Shown here piece by piece: positions 37,541 to 47,933 of a stretch of DNA of 64,000 nt; within the stretch, counting starts at the first letter, position 1, and each line of letters starts with the position of its first letter. The DNA lies in the IMG/VR virus record IMGVR_UViG_3300009184_005291, positions 21,126 to 85,125 of that record, one strand, 5' to 3'. A program made the translations under genes and the position numbers. The notes beneath the pieces are model-generated. The model was given only the letters and a program-made list of their open reading frames with translations, searched no databases and had not been told where the DNA came from. Source of the stretch: a virus.

Positions 37541-38635
37541 TTATTTAACTTTATGTCTTTTAGAATTCATAATTTCTCTTTTGTAAATTGTTTCTCCCCC
37601 ATCAGGACTTTCATAAATCCATTTAGTTTCTAGTTTTTTTTTATCAACTTGAGATTTAATCCATTGATAAGTTTTTTTCAATCCAACTGATAGTGGTTCA
37701 CTTACTTCCCATCCGATTTTTTCTCTGTAAAGTTTGTTATCGGAATTTCTTCCTTTAACTCCTAATGGACACTTGAATCCATATTTTTGAATAAACTCTT
37801 CTCCTTCGATATTTGTAATTTTAATATCTTTTTCTGATATTGAAATTGCCATACTTGCTAACTGATTGATTGTTACCATTTCTTCACTACCAATATTAAC
37901 AGGACCTTCGAAATCTGAATCCATTAATCTAAGAACCGCTTCAACACATTCATCCACATATAAGAATGAACGGGTTTGAAGTCCATTTCCCCAAACTTCA
38001 ATTTCTCCACCATTTTCTGTTTCAGCAGCTTTTCTACACATTGCTGCTGGTGATTTTTCTCTACCACCTATCCATGTACCTTGCGGCCCAAAAATATTGT
38101 GAAACCTTGCCACTCTTACGTTCAATCCATAGTTTCTACTGAATGCCAAAAACAATCTTTCAGAGAACAATTTTTCCCATCCATACTCCGAGTCTGGATT
38201 TGCAGGATATGCGGAAGATTCTTCACAGTTTGGATTTTCAGGATCTAACTGATTGTGTTCGGGATACATACAAGCTGATGATGAATAGAATAGTTTTCCA
38301 ACTTTTTTCTTAACTGCCTCATGAGCAACGTTAAGGTTGATAGTCGCGGAATTGTACATAACGTCAGCATCATGTTCACCAGTAAAGATGTACAATGCTC
38401 CACCCATATCTGCCGCAAGTTGATAAACCTCATCAACACCTTCTTCTATTACTAGTTCAACTACTTTTGGGTCAGTCAAGTCACCTAGAATGAACTCATG
38501 ACAAATTTCATCATGGAAGAAATATTCATGTTTTTTTATATCACATATTCTGACGTGATTACCTTCTTCTTTTAATCTTTTGGCGAGATGTCCACCTATG
38601 AACCCTCCTCCACCTAATACTACGATTTTTTTCAT
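37541..38635 (-). CDS. NAD-dependent epimerase, GDP-mannose 3',5'-epimerase-like
   Basis: GGGGFIG, LAADMGG, FYSSSACMYPE, YGWEK, RFHNIFGP, GGREKSPAAMCRK and GVKGRNSDN are GME signature segments. Confidence 0.85.
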   Translation of the reverse strand: MKKIVVLGGGGFIGGHLAKRLKEEGNHVRICDIKKHEYFFHDEICHEFILGDLTDPKVVELVIEEGVDEVYQLAADMGGALYIFTGEHDADVMYNSATINLNVAHEAVKKKVGKLFYSSSACMYPEHNQLDPENPNCEESSAYPANPDSEYGWEKLFSERLFLAFSRNYGLNVRVARFHNIFGPQGTWIGGREKSPAAMCRKAAETENGGEIEVWGNGLQTRSFLYVDECVEAVLRLMDSDFEGPVNIGSEEMVTINQLASMAISISEKDIKITNIEGEEFIQKYGFKCPLGVKGRNSDNKLYREKIGWEVSEPLSVGLKKTYQWIKSQVDKKKLETKWIYESPDGGETIYKREIMNSKRHKVK

Positions 38636-38648
38636 TTTATTAATTAAT

Positions 38649-39551
38649 TTAATTCATTTGATATTGTAAGTATAAATTCTTTCCCTGAAAAATAACCTTT
38701 TTATCTACACATTCTACATTAGATTTGGCGTACCAGTTTGTATTTTTTGGTATATCAAGGTCATTAGAAAAAACAATTTTTTTACCACAACATATTTTAA
38801 GTTTGATTGGTAATATGTTATCAGTAACATTAATGAAATCAACTCTGTCTTCAGATATATCCAAAATCTTCAACTTAGTTTCATTGTAATTATTAAATCT
38901 AACATATTGAAGATTTATTGGGATTTTTTTCACTGAGACATTATTATTATCTAAGTGATTTTTTAGATTAGTTTCATTGTGAGTTGTAAAATTATTATCA
39001 TCACTTTTTGATAACCAATAATTTAATCTTGTCATGTATATCTCCATCAAATGTCTTGGACCAACGGCAAACCTATCATTGTATCCTCCGAAAGAGTCTT
39101 CTGATGGTAATAGAATTTCATTTCCTAATAACTCCCAATTGAAATGAGACTTTATTTCTAAATCAGGTCTCAATCTCATTATATAGTCAAAAACCATATT
39201 ATTATTCACTTCATATTCTTTAACTAAATTGTAAACCGAAGAAATTTGATTTAACTGATAATAGATTAATTTAGGGTCGATTTCACTATTAAGAATGAAA
39301 CTTTCGTGAACATATTTTTTTTTCTGAAAACTTAAGTCAGGCAAAATTGGGTCTTCCTCAATCTTTATTGTGGAAGACATCTCAAAAAATTCTACAGGGA
39401 TAGTAATAGGGGTTTTATCTTCTTTTACAAAAGATGTAAAAAATTTTAATTCAAATTTTGTATTTGTGAGAATTAAATTATCGAATATGGAAGGTAAACA
39501 CCTATCAAAAGTTCTAAATTGACCTGATATACAAACCGCGACTTTTTTCAT
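38649..39551 (-). CDS. putative glycosyltransferase (SGQxR / RxRPD family)
   Basis: VAVCISGQFR, FDYIMRLRPDL and NDRFAVG. Confidence 0.6.
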   Translation of the reverse strand: MKKVAVCISGQFRTFDRCLPSIFDNLILTNTKFELKFFTSFVKEDKTPITIPVEFFEMSSTIKIEEDPILPDLSFQKKKYVHESFILNSEIDPKLIYYQLNQISSVYNLVKEYEVNNNMVFDYIMRLRPDLEIKSHFNWELLGNEILLPSEDSFGGYNDRFAVGPRHLMEIYMTRLNYWLSKSDDNNFTTHNETNLKNHLDNNNVSVKKIPINLQYVRFNNYNETKLKILDISEDRVDFINVTDNILPIKLKICCGKKIVFSNDLDIPKNTNWYAKSNVECVDKKVIFQGKNLYLQYQMN

Positions 39552-40486
39552 TAATCAAAGTATTTTTGATATATGTCAAAATATTCGACAGTTTTTGATG
39601 GAAGCAAATCCCTAAAATCTTTTATGTTATCTATTAGATTCAACGTACCTCTATATCCGATTACTTCATTTTCTAAATTCCTAACTAGGTCTTGTGGATT
39701 TCTTGCTTGATAAACAGATGCTTTTGCGAAAATTACTGAATTAGGAAAGTAATGTTGCATCACATACGCTCCCCAAATATCATCCATTCTTCCTGTATAT
39801 GGAAATACCGAGTAATATTTCAGAATACTTCTGTGTAAAAATGTATTTTGTGAGTTGAATGGAGTTAGTTGTTTTGTGGTGAATGGTTCAAATGGTTTGA
39901 ATTTTACTATTGGTTTTTTACTTAATCTACAGATGGCATCGATGTCTGGATCACCATCCCAAAATTCAGCTTGAACTAAAGGTGTTATTTTAATTTTACC
40001 TTTGTATTCAATATTGTTTTTAACTTGTAGATATTCAATTGGGAATCCTCTATGCCACAAATCATTGTGTTCGGTTGTAGAAATTGCATCAAAATAAGGA
40101 CATGATAAGTTTTCGAATTCGTCAACTTCAATTTCTTGATTCAATAAAATATTATCTCCCCATGATTCATATGGAATATTATCATCATCAACAGTTGCCA
40201 CAATGTCCGCACCATTTTGGTAAGCATATACAAATCCGATGTTACGTCTTTGAATTGTTTTCCATCCGATTATTTCTGATAATTCAGGATATAACTCCGT
40301 TTGATATTCAGGAGTTAGATATACAACATTTTGAAAATCGGATACTAATTGTTGATACATTTCATGAGGAGTTTTAGTATCTCCGACAATTACGAAAGTA
40401 AAATCTTTTTTATCTGCTATTGTTGCGAACTTAAGAGTTGCCTCAGTTGGTTCATTGATTGTTGTTGTAATTATAAATTTTTTCAT
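39551..40486 (-). CDS. STELLO/DUF288 (GT75/RGP-related) protein
   Basis: ITTTINEPT, VGDTKTP, RRNIGFVYA, VDDDN, DPDIDAI, FNSQNT and RMDDIW. Confidence 0.75.
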   Translation of the reverse strand: MKKFIITTTINEPTEATLKFATIADKKDFTFVIVGDTKTPHEMYQQLVSDFQNVVYLTPEYQTELYPELSEIIGWKTIQRRNIGFVYAYQNGADIVATVDDDNIPYESWGDNILLNQEIEVDEFENLSCPYFDAISTTEHNDLWHRGFPIEYLQVKNNIEYKGKIKITPLVQAEFWDGDPDIDAICRLSKKPIVKFKPFEPFTTKQLTPFNSQNTFLHRSILKYYSVFPYTGRMDDIWGAYVMQHYFPNSVIFAKASVYQARNPQDLVRNLENEVIGYRGTLNLIDNIKDFRDLLPSKTVEYFDIYQKYFD

Positions 40487-40487
40487 G

Positions 40488-41096
40488 TTAATAGATTAAG
40501 TAAATATGGTTACCTTCTTTTGTGTTTATGATATTATAGTTTGGATTTATATCTCGAAGTAATGTTTCAAATTCAGATAAGGTAGGGAAATTACCTTGTC
40601 CAAGGTCTCTACAATCGTCAATTAACATCACGTGGTCGTTACGGTTACTTGCAGATTTGATGGACTTTAATTCTTCAGTCAAAGGACCGTCTAACATGCT
40701 ATGGGCATCTAAGAGAATAAAAAATCTTTCGTCAGGTAATTCTTCTAATGCAGATTTCAAAGTATCTTCTGAGGTTCCAAAAAGGAAGGTTAAGTTTTCA
40801 TATTTTTGCCCGAGTTCTTGATAAAGTTCTCGATAACTTCTACCATCATATGGGTTTCTATCCGGAAATAATTCAACCGTGAAAGCAACATCAAAATGTT
40901 CGGCAAGAAAAATTGATGTTCTAGCATCGTGTGTACCAGTTTCAATCGCAAAATTTATATCACTTAGGTTTGGTATTTCATTTTGATATTGATATAATAA
41001 TGAAATAAATAAGTTTGGGATTGGTAGACTTTTTTTATGTGTTTCTGACATCTGTTCCCATCTCGGGTCACCAGAATAATCTAAATTAAGTTTCAT
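40488..41096 (-). CDS. class I SAM-dependent methyltransferase-like protein
   Basis: IETGT, LDAH and LIDD motifs. Confidence 0.65.
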   Translation of the reverse strand: MKLNLDYSGDPRWEQMSETHKKSLPIPNLFISLLYQYQNEIPNLSDINFAIETGTHDARTSIFLAEHFDVAFTVELFPDRNPYDGRSYRELYQELGQKYENLTFLFGTSEDTLKSALEELPDERFFILLDAHSMLDGPLTEELKSIKSASNRNDHVMLIDDCRDLGQGNFPTLSEFETLLRDINPNYNIINTKEGNHIYLIY

Positions 41097-41097
41097 A

Positions 41098-42126
41098 TTA
41101 GTTATTTTTTATAATACATTTTAATATTTCATCTTTGTAGTCTGCTACGGTGTCAAAAGCTTTTTGAATGTTTTCAAAATCAAATTCGTGAGATATAATT
41201 TTTTCAATTTCTTCATCTCCTGTGTAATTCAAAACACAATCGTCTAATGTTTGATTAGACCTACGTACATTCTTAATAGTTAATTCTTTAGTCCTCATTC
41301 TGTGAGGATTGTAAGAAACAAAATCTGCCTCAGGAATTCCTATCAATGCCACCCTACCATTTACTGCCGCAACATTTATACATCCATCAATAGATTCTGT
41401 TGACCCACCGGTATCGATAGTCAAAGTCGCCCCCATACCGTGAGTTAATTCTTTAATTTTTTTAGAGTAATCCTCGGCCAATAAAAATGATTCTTTAGCA
41501 CCGAATTTTTTAGCGAAATCCACTCTATAGGGTAGTTTATCAATCATGTATATATCTTTAAGACCCATTTTTTTTAGAATGGAAAACATACATAAACCAA
41601 TTGGACCTGCTCCAAATATTGCAGCCGATTCAGTGAATTTTGGTTCAATTAAATTCGCGGTATGAAGACAAACCCCGAGTGGTTCGAGTAAACTTGCCAA
41701 ATTAAAAGACATTGAGTCTGGAATTTTTACTAACTGTAATTCTTCAACAACAACATAGTCAGAAAACGCACCTTGGGAATTCGCCCCCATGAAAGTTCCT
41801 TTTTCACATAGATTGTGTTTACCTTTCAATGACCAGTAAGAAGTTATACAAGGCATACCTGGTTCAACCGCAACTCTATCTCCGTCTTTGAACTTACTTG
41901 ATCCGTTGGCATCTACAACAACACCTGAGGGTTCATGTCCAATATACATCGGTAATGGATTTTTGAAAGAACCAAGTCCTCCCTCTTTGAAGTAGTGCAT
42001 ATCGGACCCACAAATTCCAACGGATTTCATGGCAACTAATAATTGTCCTTCTTTTAATTTTGGAATTTCTTCCTCGAAAATTTCAATTTTTCGAATTTGA
42101 GTTAGTTTTGCGACTCTGTTCTTCAT
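41098..42126 (-). CDS. zinc-binding (sorbitol/threonine-type) alcohol dehydrogenase
   Basis: GICGSD, GHE and GAGPIG; the structural-Zn Cys cluster is partly lost. Confidence 0.85.
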   Translation of the reverse strand: MKNRVAKLTQIRKIEIFEEEIPKLKEGQLLVAMKSVGICGSDMHYFKEGGLGSFKNPLPMYIGHEPSGVVVDANGSSKFKDGDRVAVEPGMPCITSYWSLKGKHNLCEKGTFMGANSQGAFSDYVVVEELQLVKIPDSMSFNLASLLEPLGVCLHTANLIEPKFTESAAIFGAGPIGLCMFSILKKMGLKDIYMIDKLPYRVDFAKKFGAKESFLLAEDYSKKIKELTHGMGATLTIDTGGSTESIDGCINVAAVNGRVALIGIPEADFVSYNPHRMRTKELTIKNVRRSNQTLDDCVLNYTGDEEIEKIISHEFDFENIQKAFDTVADYKDEILKCIIKNN

Positions 42127-43246
42127 AATCAATATATGCTTTTTTTAAGACATCACATATGTAATTAACTTCATCTAATCTTAATTCAGGATAAAGTGGT
42201 GGGCATATGTGATGTTTACAATAGTAATCAGTATTTGGTAAATTTACAGAGGTAAATTGTTTTTTGTATAAAGGTTGGTGGTGAACAGGTATTTTATATA
42301 CTTCACCAGTCAGAGTTATGTTCCTCTCTTTACAATACTTTTTCAACCAATCCCCTTCTATTGGAGTTATAACAATTGCTTTATAGTTGGCACAAACTCC
42401 TTCACCATCTTGTCTAATTACCTTGTAATTTGTGTTTTCCAAATTTTTTTGGTATCTCTCAAGTAGTAGGGTTCTCCTTTCTATTCTACTGATGACTCTA
42501 TCCAATTCGATACATCCTAAGAGTGAAGTGAATTCATTAATCTTAAAATTATTTCCTTCGGGATTAGCGATTATTCCGCCATCATTAATATCTCTTCCGA
42601 AATTTTTTAATGACTTCATTTTTTCATAATATTTTTTGTTGTTGGTAGTAATCATACCACCTTCACCAGTAGTCATAACTTTGGTTGGAAAAAAAGAAAA
42701 GGTTCCAATATCTCCAATAGTTCCTGCTTTCAAATTTCCTTTAGATGAAAAATGTGCGTGAGCCGCGTCTTCTATCAATGGAACTCGGTTTTTCTTACAA
42801 ACATTTAATATTTTTTTTATGTCGTGACTTATAATACCTCCGATATGAACAATAATTACTGCTCCGACTTCAGGTGTTAATTTGTCTTGTAAATCTTTCA
42901 AATCGATAGAAAAAGAATTAGGTTCCATATCCAGTAATTCTATTATCCCTCCAGCGTTTGAAACCGCAACACTAGTTGCAAAAAAAGTATTTGATGGAAT
43001 TAAAACTTTTTTTCCTTTTACATCTATAGCTTTGAGAGCGAGTTCGATTGCGGTAGTACCATTAGAACATGCCAAAGCAAATTTCGAATCACTCATTTTG
43101 GCGAATCTATCTTCGAACTCTTTGGTATATTTCGATTCACCTAAAGGTCTATCAGAAGATAAAATATCCCAAGAACCTTTCAAAAATTTTAATTTTGATT
43201 TGATTCCGAATTTCAATCTAAAAATTGGAATATTGAATTTTTTCAT
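42083..43246 (-). CDS. DegT/DnrJ/EryC1/StrS sugar aminotransferase
   Basis: SNGTTAI, IEDAAHA and FSFFPTKVMTTGEGGM (PLP lysine). Start moved to the ATG at 43246. Confidence 0.92.
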   Translation of the reverse strand: MKKFNIPIFRLKFGIKSKLKFLKGSWDILSSDRPLGESKYTKEFEDRFAKMSDSKFALACSNGTTAIELALKAIDVKGKKVLIPSNTFFATSVAVSNAGGIIELLDMEPNSFSIDLKDLQDKLTPEVGAVIIVHIGGIISHDIKKILNVCKKNRVPLIEDAAHAHFSSKGNLKAGTIGDIGTFSFFPTKVMTTGEGGMITTNNKKYYEKMKSLKNFGRDINDGGIIANPEGNNFKINEFTSLLGCIELDRVISRIERRTLLLERYQKNLENTNYKVIRQDGEGVCANYKAIVITPIEGDWLKKYCKERNITLTGEVYKIPVHHQPLYKKQFTSVNLPNTDYYCKHHICPPLYPELRLDEVNYICDVLKKAYIDYEEQSRKTNSNSKN

Positions 43247-43247
43247 A

Positions 43248-43880
43248 TTAAATAGTTTTTTTAATTTTTGATGGTACACCGGCAACCATTACATTCGGTG
43301 GTACATTGTCAATTACTACTGAACCAGCGGCGACAACAGAATTATCACCAACTTCAATTTTAGGAATAATGGTACTGCCAGCACTTATAAAACAATTTTC
43401 ACCAATTTTAACATAGCCACATATTGTGGTATTTGGTGAAATCTGAGAAAAATCCCCAACATAACAATCGTGTTCTATAATTGAAGAAGTATTAATTATA
43501 GTACAATTCCCTATAACAGCATCGATGTGAACAACGGCTTTGGGACATATTAAATTTCCATGCCCAATTCTTTTTGTTTCAACAACTGCGGTCGGGTGAA
43601 TACAATTAAGAGGTTCTTTCTTTGTATAATCTTTAATCAATCTATAATGTTCTTTTCTCATTTCATTATCTCCAGTCGCAATGAAATAATCCACATTTGG
43701 AATATTGATGTGGTCTAAAGATTTTTCAACTGTGGTGTATAATCTATTAGTTTGAATTTCATCCGCATAACATTCTACATAATACAAATTATGATGAGGG
43801 TGAGTCATCTTGAATATGTTGGTAGCGATTTTTGCACCTGCCGACCCTCCAATTATTAATATTGATTTAGAAACACTCAT
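43248..43880 (-). CDS. NeuD/PglD-type hexapeptide sugar N-acetyltransferase
   Basis: IHPTAVV, IEHDC and GVPSK with left-handed beta-helix repeats. Confidence 0.88.
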   Translation of the reverse strand: MSVSKSILIIGGSAGAKIATNIFKMTHPHHNLYYVECYADEIQTNRLYTTVEKSLDHINIPNVDYFIATGDNEMRKEHYRLIKDYTKKEPLNCIHPTAVVETKRIGHGNLICPKAVVHIDAVIGNCTIINTSSIIEHDCYVGDFSQISPNTTICGYVKIGENCFISAGSTIIPKIEVGDNSVVAAGSVVIDNVPPNVMVAGVPSKIKKTI

Positions 43881-44710
43881 ATGATTTCGATAGGTAAATC
43901 TTCATGAAACATTCCCCAATTATCGGGGTTTGTACTTTCAGTGAAATTTTTAATTATGGATTTTTGATCTGACATTGGAGGTACTGATTCGTCTTCATCT
44001 CTCTCGGCATTTTTACCGTGGTTAAGATGAAAAATGTAATGATCCAAAACTTTTATTTCGGAATAAAAAGATGCCTTTTTCATAACATTCGTATCTATAC
44101 CGCATCCAAATAATACTGATTCCTCAAACCCTTTCATTTTGAACCAAGTATCTTTATGACCGATTTGATAGTCCCCACAACAATTAATAAGTGACCACTC
44201 ATCATCACTACTACTTATTCGTTCTTTTGCTGTAAACGAATCTTTATTTGATATTAAATGTGAATAGAGGGATTCATAATCGTTGAAGGATAAATGAAAA
44301 GATTCTTCAACATCTCTTCGAGGTACTGTATAAAATGAACCAATATCCAATTTACTAAAATCTAATGGAGTTGATATAATATCAATATTTGTGGAAATTA
44401 TGATTTCGTTTTCGGTTCTTCTAATTCCAACATTTCTCCCAATAGATTCTATCATAGAATAATCTGCGATGGAAGGATAATTGGATTTTAATAAATTTTT
44501 TGGAACCTGTATCCATTTCAATTTTTTTGAATGAGGTAAGTTTTTTTTAATGTTTGAAATAACTCCTTCACCATTAATAGTTTTCCAATCCACAAAGACA
44601 ACTTCATCATGATGTTCAATTAATGATGTTAATGCCATTGTGGTTCTTTTATGAAGGTTACCTCCATAATTGTCGTTTCTAGATGATAGTATGACAGAGG
44701 TTTTCATCAA
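43877..44710 (-). CDS. putative GT-A glycosyltransferase
   Basis: RNDNYGG, VDW, RNVGIRR, TNIDII, GDYQ and HLNH. Confidence 0.65.
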   Translation of the reverse strand: MMKTSVILSSRNDNYGGNLHKRTTMALTSLIEHHDEVVFVDWKTINGEGVISNIKKNLPHSKKLKWIQVPKNLLKSNYPSIADYSMIESIGRNVGIRRTENEIIISTNIDIISTPLDFSKLDIGSFYTVPRRDVEESFHLSFNDYESLYSHLISNKDSFTAKERISSSDDEWSLINCCGDYQIGHKDTWFKMKGFEESVLFGCGIDTNVMKKASFYSEIKVLDHYIFHLNHGKNAERDEDESVPPMSDQKSIIKNFTESTNPDNWGMFHEDLPIEII

Positions 44711-45360
44711 TTTTTTTTATATAACTTATCACAAAAGATTTTACCGTTTACCGAACTTCTATGATGTTCACTATCTCTGACATGCGTAAACCCTTTTGAT
44801 ATAATTGCGTCATTTACTTTTTTATCGAATTCAGAACCTAAATCTGTTACTTCGATGATAATATATTCGAAACTTTTGAGGTTATCCCCAATTCCCTCTA
44901 ATACTTGTAATTCAGCACCTTCGGTATCAATATTCAATAAATCATAATCAGAGAAGTTCAAACTTTCTCTTTCGAACAAAGTATTAATAGTAATTGTTTT
45001 GGTTTTCAACACATCACCAGATTGCTCAATCAAGGAACTTGAATCTTGATTTGATGAGGGACAATAAAGATTCATTTCTAAATCATCTTCATTCCACGCA
45101 GCAAGGTTGAAAATCTTTTGACCAAATTGTTCGATTTCATTTTTGAATCTCTCATATGAATTAGGATTCGCCTCTAAAAATACAGAATTATTACCACAAT
45201 AATGTGCGTATTGTTTCGCCTCCCAAGCATCCCAAGCTCCTATGTGTAAAACCCCTTTAGGATACCAATTTAGATTAAAAAATAATCCTTTATTGTTTCC
45301 AAATTGACCCTGTCCAACTGGATTAGGGTCTTTGTCCCAAAATGCTCCGAACAAACTCAT
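44707..45360 (-). CDS. FkbM-family methyltransferase
   Basis: LHIGA, LEANP and LNIDTEGAELQVLEG. Confidence 0.85.
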   Translation of the reverse strand: MSLFGAFWDKDPNPVGQGQFGNNKGLFFNLNWYPKGVLHIGAWDAWEAKQYAHYCGNNSVFLEANPNSYERFKNEIEQFGQKIFNLAAWNEDDLEMNLYCPSSNQDSSSLIEQSGDVLKTKTITINTLFERESLNFSDYDLLNIDTEGAELQVLEGIGDNLKSFEYIIIEVTDLGSEFDKKVNDAIISKGFTHVRDSEHHRSSVNGKIFCDKLYKKN

Positions 45361-45361
45361 T

Positions 45362-46036
45362 TTATTTTCTTTTTAATATTATTTCTTCAGTATAATGCCC
45401 AACGTTGGTTATTGAAATTAATTCCCACTCAACTAAATTGTCTAATAACCATTCTTTACTAAAAAAAGTTACTTTTATGATAGACTTAGGATCCCAATGG
45501 TCGAAATCTGTGTCAATATAATTGTCGTGATTTGTATCATTTATACTTTGATTTATCATCCCATCGTACATTGTAAAAATACAACCACTATTGGCAATTT
45601 GTGCCAAATTTGAAAATACTGCTGACTTGAATTGCGCTGGGATATGAGGTAAAACCGCATTGGTAAACATATAGTCAAATTTGATTGGAAACTTATCTTC
45701 AAAACTTTCAGTCAAATCTGACTGAATAAATCTTAAGTTGTCTGTTTCATGTTTCTTAGCGTAATTGATTCTATTGTCAGATAAATCTATTCCATAAGTG
45801 TTTTTGAATTCACCTGATAATATCCGAGTAAAATATCCAAACGCACATCCCACATCTAAACAATTTTTTTCCTTCAAATTTGTGACGTTATTTTTAATTC
45901 TTGGTATTAAATTTTCCGTCATCCAATTAACATCTCTTTCAGGATATCCGGTTTCATGACCTGGAGTTCCCTGAGGATTAATTAAGCTTTCGTTTTCGAA
46001 ATATTCTTTCAAATGGGATTTAATATTTTCTATCAT
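45362..46036 (-). CDS. class I SAM-dependent methyltransferase
   Basis: LDVGCAFG, GIDLS and VLPHI. Confidence 0.85.
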   Translation of the reverse strand: MIENIKSHLKEYFENESLINPQGTPGHETGYPERDVNWMTENLIPRIKNNVTNLKEKNCLDVGCAFGYFTRILSGEFKNTYGIDLSDNRINYAKKHETDNLRFIQSDLTESFEDKFPIKFDYMFTNAVLPHIPAQFKSAVFSNLAQIANSGCIFTMYDGMINQSINDTNHDNYIDTDFDHWDPKSIIKVTFFSKEWLLDNLVEWELISITNVGHYTEEIILKRK

Positions 46037-46037
46037 T

Positions 46038-46421
46038 TTAATTGTATTTTACATATTCTTTTACCTCTCGTATTTCAGAATCGGTAATTAGGTTTATTTT
46101 ATTTTTTAGTCTGAATCTTTCATCGTTAGTGAAATATACTTTCCTTGCGAGTTCTATGAAATCAGATTCAAATGATTTTTTAGTTTCTAATATTCTTAAT
46201 TCATCTTCAACATCCCAAAGTTTTTGATTCACTTCACATAGTTGATGATATAAGGTTTCGATTTCATTCGAATCCAAATATACTGAGGATAAATTATATA
46301 ATAGTTCGAATTCTTTATTAACTAATGTTAATTTTTCTTCATTACTTATTTTATTTTTTTTCACTTGTAGGATTGATAATTTATCAATTAATTCTCCGAC
46401 ACTAACTGGTATGTAAATCAT
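46038..46421 (-). CDS. DUF6165-like protein
   Basis: PVSVGELIDKLSIL, LWDVED, ARKVYFTNDER..LK..IN and EVKEY. Confidence 0.75.
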   Translation of the reverse strand: MIYIPVSVGELIDKLSILQVKKNKISNEEKLTLVNKEFELLYNLSSVYLDSNEIETLYHQLCEVNQKLWDVEDELRILETKKSFESDFIELARKVYFTNDERFRLKNKINLITDSEIREVKEYVKYN

Positions 46422-47122
46422 TTTATGTATGTTAAATCTTTATCGAACATGTGTTCTACCTGATGGAAACTGGGTGGATTATGTCTGGAATATACTGTCA
46501 CATTTTTCAAACCTAATTTATTGATAATATATAATATTGAGGTTTCGACAGTGTAGATATGTTTAGCCTTTAATAACAAACCAATCCAATCAAAAAGGTT
46601 ATCCCATCCAAGATAAGTCATCTCAATTGAATTTTCATATTGCCCCATATGTGGACATGGTTTTGAATATGGTGGAGAACCGAACATTCTATTTACTAAT
46701 ACAAATTCTCTATTATTTGCGTCAAAATGGTCAATTAACTTTTGTTCTCTCTCTAAGTTTCTTTCAAAGGAAAAGTGTTCTATCCAATCTTCAAAATCCA
46801 ATTCCAATAATTTGTACTTGGCATGCATAATAGGACCATTGTAATGTCTATCAAAATGTTGAATTGGTAGATAAACATCATCTAAGTTAATAAGAATTGG
46901 TTTAGAATATCCCTCCCTATATATGTTTTTATGTTGGAAATCTTCGTTTTCATTAACAAAGATTAAATTATCAACTTTGATATAATCCTTTATGAATTCA
47001 AATTGTGGGATTACCGGCCATATAACAGTATAACCTTTAGATATGTAATATTTGGCAATTTTTTGAGTAAAAAAAATATCACCAATTCCTGCCGGTTGTC
47101 GTATTAAACAAATTTTAGACAT
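46418..47122 (-). CDS. putative GT-B glycosyltransferase (GT9-like GxGD start)
   Basis: QPAGIGDI near the N-terminus and ETS near the C-terminus; cluster context. Confidence 0.5.
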   Translation of the reverse strand: MSKICLIRQPAGIGDIFFTQKIAKYYISKGYTVIWPVIPQFEFIKDYIKVDNLIFVNENEDFQHKNIYREGYSKPILINLDDVYLPIQHFDRHYNGPIMHAKYKLLELDFEDWIEHFSFERNLEREQKLIDHFDANNREFVLVNRMFGSPPYSKPCPHMGQYENSIEMTYLGWDNLFDWIGLLLKAKHIYTVETSILYIINKLGLKNVTVYSRHNPPSFHQVEHMFDKDLTYIK

Positions 47123-47933
47123 ATTCAATTAAATAGTTTTCAAAAATCCAATCGTCCAAAACACTATACTTCTGAACTCTTTCATAATTGTCTTTAATAG
47201 CGTCCATTTTTGATTGATATAATTCTTCTGTGAGTAATGATAAGTCAAAATTACCATCAAAGAATATTATTCCATCTGGGTTGAAATACTCAACAACCTT
47301 TTTAGTACCCATATAAACTGGTATAGTTCCTGTTGCAAAACAATCTAATATTTTTTCTGTGAAATAAGTATCATATGTGTCATTCTCGACTGCGAATGAA
47401 AACATATAATCTTTCAATCCTATTTCTTTGTTTGGTATTTCTTGGATACCCCTACCAAATACATCAATCTTATCAATGTTATTCATGGCAAAGTCATGTC
47501 TTATTTCATGTTGACGAGTCCATCTCTTATTGGATGTAATCATTGACGCCATCTTTGTTTTTGGATGTATACCAAATTCTTTAATATAACTTCCATACGC
47601 TGGTGTCCACTTAAATTTTGGATGTAACGCAAGTAAATCATCGTTGTGAGTCCAAATTTGTTCAAATGTATTAAGAACATCATCCAAGTTCGATTTTATG
47701 TTATCGATTGCCCCACCATCAAACTTTCTCGATTCAATAACCCAAAGAAATTTTTTCTTGGTACCATTATCTACTTTGTGGTCTTCGATACCTTTGAATA
47801 AGTCATTATCCAAATAAACTGAGATTGGGTTATCATAACTATTGAAAGACCATTCAATTAATTGTGGAGCTTTGTTTGCGGTAGATCCTTTGTCATGGGC
47901 AAAGTTTCTTGATAACATATTTAATTTAACCAT
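47115..47933 (-). CDS. GT10 (alpha-1,3-fucosyltransferase-like) glycosyltransferase
   Basis: YMFSFAVEN...YFTEKILDCFATGTIPVYMG is the GT10 GDP-sugar motif. Confidence 0.85.
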   Translation of the reverse strand: MVKLNMLSRNFAHDKGSTANKAPQLIEWSFNSYDNPISVYLDNDLFKGIEDHKVDNGTKKKFLWVIESRKFDGGAIDNIKSNLDDVLNTFEQIWTHNDDLLALHPKFKWTPAYGSYIKEFGIHPKTKMASMITSNKRWTRQHEIRHDFAMNNIDKIDVFGRGIQEIPNKEIGLKDYMFSFAVENDTYDTYFTEKILDCFATGTIPVYMGTKKVVEYFNPDGIIFFDGNFDLSLLTEELYQSKMDAIKDNYERVQKYSVLDDWIFENYLIEYV

